A model generated the notes under the pieces. The model was given only the letters and a program-made list of their open reading frames with translations, was not told the DNA's origin and did no database searches. A stretch of 64,000 bases of DNA from Patescibacteria group bacterium (GTDB lineage Bacteria > Patescibacteriota > WWE3 > UBA101185 > UBA10185): the NCBI GenBank assembly GCA_018825365.1, contig JAHJEV010000003.1:2284-66283 (forward strand), read 5' to 3'. Below, piece after piece: positions 19,879 to 27,679 of this stretch; the first letter of the stretch is position 1, and each line of letters begins with the position of its first letter. A program made the position numbers and the translations under genes.

Positions 19879-20034
19879 GGGACCCTCTCTTTTTCTGGAT
19901 TTTCTAGATAATATTACTTCCCCTGTTTATTATCAAGTCTGGGGTTCGACAGTGATGTAATTTACAAACTTGGGGGATTGTTCCTGATACCTCTTTAGTC
20001 TCAGGATAAAGTGTTATCTTGCTCTTTTTATCAT

Positions 20035-20161
20035 AAACATTATTCACGAGGTTTTCACTTCGGGAGCGGATGGGTATCTGATTAAAAGTGAAATTACACC
20101 AGATAAGGTAGTTGAAGAGATTGCGAAGGTATTGGGTAAAGAGAAAGAAGAAAACAAGTAG
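20035..20161 (+). repeat. 127-bp direct repeat, copy 2 (orphan response-regulator 3' end)
   Basis: Encodes NIIHEVFTSGADGYLIKSEITPDKVVEEIAKVLGKEKEENK* without the 5' part of the gene. Confidence 0.95.
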
Positions 20162-20189
20162 TTAGTAGTGCCGACTTTTCATCTAATTT

Positions 20190-20753
20190 TTAGACTCTTT
20201 TAGCATTTTGTTTCTTTTCTCTATAGTCGTAAAAGATTTGTTTGAGAGTGGCAAAAGAAGTTAAACCAAAGTCATGCGGATCAAGACCTGTACCAAATAG
20301 TTCGAACAACTCCCACTCTCTGTTAGGGTCTAAGCATATTTTTTTAGAATCAGGATCAACAAATATTGTATTATCCTCCAATACTACTTCAGCAAAGGCA
20401 TGACCTTTAATTGGCTCTTTTGTACCGTTTGGATCCAGATCCAACCATCTTTTCGAGATGGTCTCTAAGTACCTAGTGGAGTAACCCTCAGCTCTCATTA
20501 AGGTACAAAAAACTATAGTGGAGTCTGTGCATCCTGTTACGAAGCCGCTTTTCAATATTTCCTCGGCTGTTCGGGTATGAAATAGTTTAATCCAGTCTTC
20601 GGGGCGTTTCTTGTTTAGGTTTTTGACCATATAGCCAAGTACATATGCAATATACTCAATAGGTTTAGTACCTTTCGGCTTTAACTTTTTGGCTATGTTG
20701 CAAATATATTCAGTTTTTATGGTCAGATGACCATCTTCTAAAAATGTAATCAT
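20190..20753 (-). CDS. Transglutaminase-like (Cys-His-Asp) domain protein
   Basis: GCTDSTIVFCTLMRAEG, GHAFAEV, FVDP; start MITFLED inferred. Confidence 0.8.
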   Translation of the reverse strand: MITFLEDGHLTIKTEYICNIAKKLKPKGTKPIEYIAYVLGYMVKNLNKKRPEDWIKLFHTRTAEEILKSGFVTGCTDSTIVFCTLMRAEGYSTRYLETISKRWLDLDPNGTKEPIKGHAFAEVVLEDNTIFVDPDSKKICLDPNREWELFELFGTGLDPHDFGLTSFATLKQIFYDYREKKQNAKRV

Positions 20754-20765
20754 GGCGTAAGTATA

Positions 20766-20800
20766 AGCTGGGTTTTGAGGTATCACAACAAAACCCGGCT
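20766..20800. terminator. Hairpin downstream of the SPASM remnant
   Basis: AGCtGGGTTTTG ... CAAAACCCgGCT, 12-bp stem. Confidence 0.6.
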
Positions 20801-20809
20801 TCTTCGAAT

Positions 20810-21080
20810 CTACGCTGAGGCATCGCGTTCTGCGAGGGCTGCCTGCAGCACTTTGATCTTTCCGTCCACGTGCTCGTACATACCGGATCAAACCCTGCAG
20901 AAGGGGGCAATTTCAGAGCACGTTCCATCGCCTTGGTAGCGTTCGTAGGTACAACCGTTGTTGCAGATCTTGGCCCATTTGCATGAGCGCATACTTGACA
21001 CTTTGTCGGCAGTTCGGTACGTAAGCGGGGCCAATCTTGATACTTTTCCTGTGCGAGAATCTCGGTGAGTGGGTGCGCGT
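20810..21080 (-). pseudogene. C-terminal fragment of a radical SAM/SPASM protein (frameshift plus internal stop)
   Basis: HPLTEILAQEKYQDWPRLRTELPTKC /frameshift near 20995/ RSCKWAKICNNGCTYERYQGDGTCSEIAPFCRV*SGMYEHV...; reconstructs Cx2Cx5Cx3C...C; visibly GC-richer than its flanks. Confidence 0.8.
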
Positions 21081-21740
21081 TTAGCTATTTGTTAATAACT
21101 CTACAGCGGATCTTAATATTTCATCGGGGCCCACCCATTTTTTGGACATATATAATTCTCGAAGTTTTTTCTCATCGGTGTATCCGGATTGTTCTGGATT
21201 CGTGAAAAAAGTAAGGCTTTCCTTAAGTAGTTGATAATTGTTATTTCCAAGATCTTTTTCTAATTGAGGATAATAATGAAGAAACATAAAATGATTTAAT
21301 TCATGTTTTGCTGTACTCAACTGAATCTGCACAGGAGATTTATGAAGGAAAAAATATCTTTTCTCGAAATTATATGGGCAGATAATATTAGTAGTGATAA
21401 AAGCGGTAACCTCGTCAAAAGGAAACTTTTTATTATAGAAAGTTTCAAGTTGATATATAACTTGATTTCCAACACTTTTCCACGTATCGTTAATTTTTTT
21501 AATATTCCCTCCCATTTCTGATTCTTTTTCCTTGTAATTAAGTCTTAGATACTCGAGTATCCGTCTGGATTTTTGCTCATTAGTGTCTCCGCTGTGAAAA
21601 ACATCCTGTATTTTTTGAGGAAGTCTATTTACTATGGATTCACTTTTGTTAACCTCGCCGTATGAGTATCCGGTGTCTCCGAAAAATCTAGTATAGTTCC
21701 ACAAATCTTTATCGATGGAATATTCAATGTTTAATTTCAT
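21081..21740 (-). CDS. HExxH (gluzincin-like) protein 2
   Basis: AKHELNHFMF ... LLKESLT; start MKLNIEYS. Confidence 0.75.
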   Translation of the reverse strand: MKLNIEYSIDKDLWNYTRFFGDTGYSYGEVNKSESIVNRLPQKIQDVFHSGDTNEQKSRRILEYLRLNYKEKESEMGGNIKKINDTWKSVGNQVIYQLETFYNKKFPFDEVTAFITTNIICPYNFEKRYFFLHKSPVQIQLSTAKHELNHFMFLHYYPQLEKDLGNNNYQLLKESLTFFTNPEQSGYTDEKKLRELYMSKKWVGPDEILRSAVELLTNS

Positions 21741-21751
21741 AAGGATAGTAT

Positions 21752-21791
21752 AAAAAAAGCTACCCACTTATGCAAAAGCATGTAGGTAGCT
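21752..21791 (-). terminator. Terminator/attenuator hairpin between precursor 2 and HExxH gene 2
   Basis: AGCTACC...ATGC-aaaa-GCAT...GGTAGCT with a T7 tail on the minus strand. Confidence 0.7.
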
Positions 21792-21802
21792 AGTTGAGAT
21801 AA

Positions 21803-21916
21803 TCACGACTCATCCTCGCAGTCTTCACAATCTTCGTAGCATTCAACACAATCTACTCCTTCACAATCGATCGGCACACAATCGGGTACGGAGCATTCTG
21901 CGCTTTGTGAAGACAT
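21803..21916 (-). CDS. Putative RiPP precursor 2, 37 aa, acidic and Cys-rich (leader possibly truncated by IS)
   Basis: MSSQSAECSVPDCVPIDCEGVDCVECYEDCEDCEDES*; 7 Cys, each preceded by D or E; IS3 end 20 bp upstream. Confidence 0.75.
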   Translation of the reverse strand: MSSQSAECSVPDCVPIDCEGVDCVECYEDCEDCEDES

Positions 21917-21953
21917 CTTAGCTCGTAAAATTCGAGTGTCAAGTACCCCTTTT

Positions 21954-22800
21954 TTAGGACTGGTATTGTGAGTGTGTCTGAAGATACTTCTGTTTGAAGA
22001 CTGCAGGAGGCATCTTAAGTCTCGTATGTATTCTTTGGTTATTGTGATAGTTAATCTATTGATGTATTGCCTCAACTAACTCTCCAATTGAATTAAACCT
22101 ATCAAACTCAAGCCCCAGGTCTGTTTTGAAGTTTGAGTAGAAGGATTCCTGGTATCCATTCTCCCAGGGAGATGCTTTCTTGCTCATAGATATTGTTATT
22201 CCAAGATACTTTGCAAAATCTGTGTATCCTTTGCAGTTATATTCCGATCCCTGATCCGTGTGTACCACCTTTGGAAGTTTGTACCCGGTACTTTCAAAGG
22301 CGGAAAGGAGGGCATCAAGCACGAGCTCTTTAGTATGTTTACTAGAGACCGACCATCCCTCAATCTCTCTTGTGAAAAGATCCATAAATGTTGCCAGATA
22401 CATATATCCCTCCTTGTATTTTATATACGTGAAATCCCCCACGTAGGTAATATCAGGAACAATGGGAAAGAGACCTTTTATATGATTCTGATATATTGCG
22501 GGAGGGTTTCTCTCATCTCTTCTTTTCCTTAAGTGTTGTTTTCTTTTGGTAGGCTTAATACCAAATCTTTTCATTACTCTCCTAACTCGTTTCTTACCAA
22601 TACCCAAAGCTAAAGCTACTCTTCTGTGTCCATAGGCAGGATTATCCTCCAGAACAGAAAGTATTTGTTCTCTCAAAACCTCATCCTTGTTTGGAAGTTT
22701 AGCTTGGTAATACAGGCAGGATCTGGAAGTACCAAGTGCCTTTGCTATATATGTCTTTGTGGATTTGGAGATGAATCTAGTTGATCTAGTTTTGGAAAGA
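21954..22800 (-). pseudogene. IS3 OrfB DDE transposase with premature TAG at 22056-22058
   Basis: YGHRRV, GDFTY, DLFTREI, HTDQGSEY, PWENGYQESF; after the TAG the frame continues INYHNNQRIHTRLKMPP, the conserved IS3 C-terminus; 5' limit approximate. Confidence 0.88.
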
Positions 22801-22809
22801 ACAAGTGAT

Positions 22810-23061
22810 CTAACCTCTCCTATTTTTTTTAAACTTGGAAAGCTCCAAGGAAAGCATCCCGATAATTTCCTTTAGTTCCATGTTCTCACGCTTAAGTTTA
22901 GCGTGTTCTATAGTGGAAACAGTTCCGATAGCTTTGTTTCTAAGCCACCCATATATTGTTCTAAAGTGTATCCCGTACTGCTTTGATAACTCAACTACTG
23001 GTATTCCTGATTTAACCTTACTAAGTACCTCATCCTTAATATCTTTAGACACATTAGTCAT
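22810..23061 (-). CDS. IS3 OrfA (HTH plus coiled coil)
   Basis: VVELSKQYGIHFRTIYGW; LKRENMELKEIIG. Confidence 0.88.
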   Translation of the reverse strand: MTNVSKDIKDEVLSKVKSGIPVVELSKQYGIHFRTIYGWLRNKAIGTVSTIEHAKLKRENMELKEIIGMLSLELSKFKKNRRG

Positions 23062-23150
23062 AGAAACCTCCTTAAATTATCCTGAAATTTATTACCTACA
23101 TTCTAATGGAGATTCTCAGAATATGTGTCTAGTTTAATGGGTACCTCCCA

Positions 23151-23642
23151 TTGGTGTATAGATACACGGTTTGGTATCAACTCCTTCTTAGCCTTTCTAC
23201 CACAATGTTTGGTTCTGTGTTTCTTACCCTGTTTAAGATCTTGATAAAGCTTTTCTCTTACGCAGTACGGGTTTTTATATATCCAGTTATATATCGTTTC
23301 ATTACAGCAAGGAATTACATCGACAGTTTCAAGATCAATACGAAGTTCAATCCTGCCCCTAATGGCATCAGGAGACCAACCGGATTTAAGTTTTTCAATG
23401 ACGTAGGATTGTGTCTTTGAGTCAGATAGTTTAGGTCTTTTCCCACATCTGCCGCGTTTAGTATCATAGTCGATTTGAGCGATATCAAAGAAGTACCCTT
23501 TTGGTGTAGATCTGTTATTAATTTCCCTGCAGATCGTAGATTTATCTACACCCAGTTTTCCGGCTATTGCCGAAACTGTATACTTTTCATCAAGCAATAC
23601 TTCTATTGCTTTCCGATCTGCAACGGTTATATGTTTGTGCAT
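23151..23642 (-). pseudogene. IS30-family transposase, N-terminal part truncated by IS3
   Basis: HITVADRKAI...IAGKLGVDKSTICREINN, GWSPDAI, ETIYNWIY, IPNRVSIHQ, ending at the IS3 boundary; DDE core missing; candidate end at about 23658-23678. Confidence 0.88.
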
Positions 23643-23726
23643 ACGAATATTTTAACCGTTGCATTTGGAATTAGAACCTAGGATGGTATTTTATGTTAAA
23701 TAATATTTGATATACTTTAAACTAGC

Positions 23727-24326
23727 ATGATAAAACCAAAGCTTTTAAAGGCTGTTTTGTTTCTGGTAATACTTTCAATAACGCTGTTTATTATCTTTTT
23801 CTTTTTTCATAAATACAAAGAGAGCGGGAAATCAAAAGGATCACAGGGATCACAAAGCGTCTTTGGAACCTTGTTAAAAGGATCGAGTGCTCCAACCAGT
23901 ATATCGACCGAAGGGATAGAAGATATCGTTAACTTTATTAAAGATGCCGGTGCTTCGGGTTCAACCCAGTCAGGATCGGAAGTTCAGCCAAAGGTATGGG
24001 ATTACAAAACATCGTTTATGCAAGGGTTTATTGCCAGTAAAGATGTGGCTAAAGGTACGTTTACACTTTGGATCCCAAGTCCCTCTGACAAGATATTTTC
24101 TGAGACTGACAAAGAGGTAAGAGTTAACTGTACACCGGATATTTCAGTGGTGGTCACTCCAATGAATTTTAATATCATCGAAAGAGATGTAAATATACTT
24201 GAAAAAGCAAAACCAGCGGTTGATGGTATCATGGCCTTTTGTTTGGATGAGAACTGTGACGCTATAGGTAGAAATTGTGCCATAATCCAAGATTTCTATA
24301 ATTTTGCCTATGAACAACAGCGATAA
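23727..24326 (+). CDS. Membrane-anchored hypothetical protein
   Basis: N-terminal TM segment, Ser/Gly linker, four Cys in the C-terminal domain. Confidence 0.75.
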   Translation: MIKPKLLKAVLFLVILSITLFIIFFFFHKYKESGKSKGSQGSQSVFGTLLKGSSAPTSISTEGIEDIVNFIKDAGASGSTQSGSEVQPKVWDYKTSFMQGFIASKDVAKGTFTLWIPSPSDKIFSETDKEVRVNCTPDISVVVTPMNFNIIERDVNILEKAKPAVDGIMAFCLDENCDAIGRNCAIIQDFYNFAYEQQR

Positions 24327-24468
24327 TTTGGATGGTGCTAAGAGGATAACTTTCAATACCCTAATTTTTCCTGTTACAACTAATCTTCGATTTTGTTTAG
24401 AAAGTTCTTATTTCTGATAAAAAAAGACACCCCGTTTCTGTGAAAAACAGGGTGTGTTACACAGTATA

Positions 24469-25236
24469 CTATTCAGCTAATTGTTCTAGCAGTTGATACT
24501 GCTCTTCCGTTACCGGGATAACATACATGGTTGCAAACAGACCAGATGGTTTCATTCGATCCGTGATTTGGTCAAAGAAATTATCCCAAACAAAATTGTT
24601 TCCATTGTCTGAGTTGTGAACCGCAAATTGCATTTGTGCACTTTCGGGTGCAACTAATCTTGTTAGCCCAGCACAGTAAGTAAGTTTTTCCCACCACCAG
24701 CCCCACGTAGAGTTATCATATTCGGTTTCATTCCACCAGACCCCACCCGCCGCTATAATCAACGTTCCAACGTAATCCTGTTCAGGATGTATGGGTAGTT
24801 GAATTTCGCTAAGATCGATAAATGTGTCGTTTGCGGTGTCGTACGTAATGACCTGGCTATAAAGATGTGTCGTATCTCCCAGCAGAATTTTTGGTGTCAA
24901 TTCAAAGTTAAGAATGTCCGCTAGTGTCTGATACATATAGCCGAGATCGGTGAGGGTAGAATTTGGCGGCTTCTCAAACTTCAAAAAGATTATGGATTTG
25001 GGATCTGTAGTTACCGATGGAATTATCGTTGTCGTTGTCGTTGGAGTCATTGTTGGAGTTATCGTTGAAACTGGTTTCATCGTGCTAGTTGGTGTAGCCG
25101 TGGAGGTTTGAGTTGGTGTTTTTATTGGTGTGTAAGATGTAACTATCCAAACAGTCCCTGCGAGTAAAAGTACTGCTAATACTGCTACGAAGATCAGAAC
25201 GATACGTAAGGTGTAGTTCTTCTTATTCTTATTCAT
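24469..25236 (-). CDS. Membrane-anchored hypothetical protein with Thr/Pro-rich stalk
   Basis: TM segment, TPT-rich linker; AGGAGAGAAAAATG start; TTGATT-17-TATAAT upstream; hairpin at about 24427-24456. Confidence 0.75.
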   Translation of the reverse strand: MNKNKKNYTLRIVLIFVAVLAVLLLAGTVWIVTSYTPIKTPTQTSTATPTSTMKPVSTITPTMTPTTTTTIIPSVTTDPKSIIFLKFEKPPNSTLTDLGYMYQTLADILNFELTPKILLGDTTHLYSQVITYDTANDTFIDLSEIQLPIHPEQDYVGTLIIAAGGVWWNETEYDNSTWGWWWEKLTYCAGLTRLVAPESAQMQFAVHNSDNGNNFVWDNFFDQITDRMKPSGLFATMYVIPVTEEQYQLLEQLAE

Positions 25237-25367
25237 TTTTCTCTCCTTTTTCAAAGCATTGCTTTTGTTAGATCATGTTTTAAGTTGTAAATGTCCCCGA
25301 ACCGCTATAGGCATTATACCTTTTATATGTTGACTAATCAAAAGATATACGTGCTATAATTTTTTAG

Positions 25368-27665
25368 ATGGTTAAGTTCAGTAAATTTAGATTTTTAGTT
25401 ATAATTCCCCTTTCGTTTTTACTATTTTTTTTGTTTTTTACACTCAAAAATCGTTTATCTGTTGTTTATGCAGCTTCTTGTACAGCGACAGATTGTCCCT
25501 CTGGTTGGTACGTTTGTCAATACGGAACTATGTGCTGTAAAGGTAAAGGTTGCCCGAGTTATGCTTGTGGCTACTATGATTGTTTGGGCTGGGAGTATAA
25601 ATGTGGTGCTTGCAACATATTTGAGTGTTTGCCTGACACTGTAACTTACGACTGTTCTTATAATTCTACCTGTTATTACACTGGTACCTGCTCTTACGCC
25701 TCTACCTGTTCTTATAATTCTACCTGTTATTACACTGGTAGCTGTCCTTACGCTTCTACCTGTTATTACACTGACAGCTGTTGTAGAGGTGGGTATTCGT
25801 GTGGGTGGCATGGGTGGAAATATTCCTGTTCCTATGACTCCTGCAAAAGCACCTATGCTTGCACCAAATCCTTTTCCTGCACAAAATACTATTCCTGCCA
25901 ACAATCCTATTCCTGTACCAAATCCTATTCCTGCACAAAGTACTACACTTGCCAAATCCCCTATACCTGTAAAATTTCCAAGACATGCACTCGTATCGAA
26001 AATGTGTGCAAATGGCGCACTTATGAAGTAGGGAATTGTGAGAAATGTCCATTGCAGTCATATTGTAAAAAGGGTTGGGGTATTGTGAAATGTGATGGAG
26101 CATGTATGATCTGTGTTCCTAGTGTACCTCCCACACCTCCCTGTTCAGCTGTAAACGGTGGTTGGTCAGCATGGAGTGCGTGCAGTGGCTGCAGCCAGAG
26201 TCGGTCATGTACTAATCCGGCACCTTCATGTGGTGGATCCGGTTGTTCGGGAATCGCCACGCAAGCCTGCGGTACTGTAAATGGTGGCTGGTCAGCATGG
26301 AGTGCGTGTCTTTCAACGTGCGGACCGGGTACAATAACTCGTACCTGCTCAAACCCCTACCCTGCTTGTAGCGGAGTGGACTGTTCCCTTCTTGACGGTG
26401 GTAATTATTCTCAAGCCTGTAACGCAGATCCATCTTTACACACATACACACTAAGTATCACTGTAAAGGAGGCACCTACCGATACGTGCCCCGCAACAGG
26501 TACTGTACAGGGTGATACTTTGGTTTCAGTGTATAATGCCGGTAATAATCAAGTTATCTTTTCAGGATATACCCCGGCCAGTGGTGTAATAACTATACCT
26601 GGTATTAACATAGCAATTAAAAACTTTAATATACAAGCCTCAAAAACAGTACCCGGACCAAGTCCTGATGTCTACGACTTAAAATGCCCAAGTACAGGTA
26701 TAGCCTTAGTGTCTGTAAATCCTACTGCCTGTTCAACTCAAAGTGTAGATTTAGGTATCAAGAAACGTCCTAAATTCCCATGGAGTGTTGTTTTAGATGG
26801 GGATGTATATGCTATGTCTGTTTCAACTGCGGTTCCCTCAGGTTTGGCAGCTGGTGGATTTACCAACTATCTCATAAACTACCCATCTTCAATTGGGGGT
26901 ATTGTTCTTGCTAAGGATCTTATACTTACCGATTCATCAAGAGTATACAAGTCCCCGTATGGAGCTTTGTCTCAAAGACTACCATCCACAATTCCCGGTG
27001 GAGATGTGGCACTATCCAGATTTCAATTTACTCCTCCAACTCACAGCGGAGTTAAAACTTTAGCTTTGCCATCTTCCGCAAATCCAATCAGGTTTGACTC
27101 GGACGTAGTTGTATACAAGGCATCAGTAAATGATTTTAATACATGGCTTACGGGAGCAAATCCCACATATCTGGTGCAACACCAAGGTAAACTTGCCATA
27201 CTTTACCTTACGGGAGGAAATGATCTTATCTTTTCTCATGGTTTAAGAGCTATTGGTGGTGCCGGAGGTGGAAGGCTTCTTATCATCACAAACTCAAGGG
27301 TTAAGATATCAAAAGAAGTCGGATCCGCTATTGCATCATATGAGGCCTCTTCCGATCCTAACATTATGGCAGCTATTATATCCTCAGGGGATATCATATT
27401 TGAGTCCCAAGGCACAAGTCCAGGAACCGATATCCCTATTATGGTTGCAGGCCCTCTTGTTTCCAAGTCAACCGTAAAACTTCAAAGAGACCTTGGGGAT
27501 ACCAACAATGGTTTGTATCCTGCTCAATCAGTAAAATATTATCCTAAGTTTCTTTATGATATATCCTCAACCGAATACACACAAAAAGATATGCCAAACT
27601 ATACGGGATTCAGGTCCTTTGATGTTCAGTTTGTATATGATGATTGGAATACTTATCCTTACTAA
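25368..27665 (+). CDS. Large Cys-rich surface protein with thrombospondin type-1 repeats (candidate pilus adhesin)
   Basis: N-terminal signal/TM; two C-x5 repeat arrays; two [11 protein letters not shown]...SRSC/TRTC.NP.P.C TSP1 repeats; first gene of the pilin operon. Confidence 0.8.
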   Translation: MVKFSKFRFLVIIPLSFLLFFLFFTLKNRLSVVYAASCTATDCPSGWYVCQYGTMCCKGKGCPSYACGYYDCLGWEYKCGACNIFECLPDTVTYDCSYNSTCYYTGTCSYASTCSYNSTCYYTGSCPYASTCYYTDSCCRGGYSCGWHGWKYSCSYDSCKSTYACTKSFSCTKYYSCQQSYSCTKSYSCTKYYTCQIPYTCKISKTCTRIENVCKWRTYEVGNCEKCPLQSYCKKGWGIVKCDGACMICVPSVPPTPPCSAVNGGWSAWSACSGCSQSRSCTNPAPSCGGSGCSGIATQACGTVNGGWSAWSACLSTCGPGTITRTCSNPYPACSGVDCSLLDGGNYSQACNADPSLHTYTLSITVKEAPTDTCPATGTVQGDTLVSVYNAGNNQVIFSGYTPASGVITIPGINIAIKNFNIQASKTVPGPSPDVYDLKCPSTGIALVSVNPTACSTQSVDLGIKKRPKFPWSVVLDGDVYAMSVSTAVPSGLAAGGFTNYLINYPSSIGGIVLAKDLILTDSSRVYKSPYGALSQRLPSTIPGGDVALSRFQFTPPTHSGVKTLALPSSANPIRFDSDVVVYKASVNDFNTWLTGANPTYLVQHQGKLAILYLTGGNDLIFSHGLRAIGGAGGGRLLIITNSRVKISKEVGSAIASYEASSDPNIMAAIISSGDIIFESQGTSPGTDIPIMVAGPLVSKSTVKLQRDLGDTNNGLYPAQSVKYYPKFLYDISSTEYTQKDMPNYTGFRSFDVQFVYDDWNTYPY
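25653..25988 (+). repeat. Coding 18-bp tandem repeats in two arrays (25653-25781 and 25842-25988)
   Basis: tgttcttataattctacctgttattacactggt recurs 54 bp apart; encodes Cys every 6 residues. Confidence 0.9.
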
Positions 27666-27679
27666 GAAACTAAAAGCCT

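Larger units (their letters stand above)
21937..23150 (-). mobile_element. IS3-family insertion sequence (inactivated)
   Basis: Imperfect terminal IRs TGTCAAGTACCCCTT / TGGGAGGTACCCATT; orfA plus orfB; A8 slippery site at 22823-22830; no target duplication visible. Confidence 0.9.

Noticed and set aside
19102-20161. 127-bp imperfect repeat as a DGR template/variable repeat pair
   Set aside because: Mismatches are not adenine-specific in either copy or strand, are mostly synonymous, and no reverse transcriptase is in the window.
20888-20890. TGA as a sense codon (code 4 or 25) in the SPASM remnant
   Set aside because: TGA terminates core genes (pilB, recG, nusB, khpA), long ORFs have no internal TGA, and the fragment also carries a frameshift.
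21803-22075. 90-aa track ORF as the full precursor 2
   Set aside because: Its N-terminal part lies inside the IS3 element (boundary 21937); only the portion outside the IS is native.
13807-25300. Prophage or integrative element
   Set aside because: No integrase, relaxase or phage structural genes; only IS remnants.
25653-25988. CRISPR array
   Set aside because: The 18-bp units are contiguous, in-frame coding repeats with no unique spacers, and no cas genes are present.
25455-26031. Repetitive ORFs 25455-25955 (-) and 25789-26031 (+) as separate genes
   Set aside because: Antisense and alternate-frame shadows of the Cys-repeat region of the 765-aa gene.
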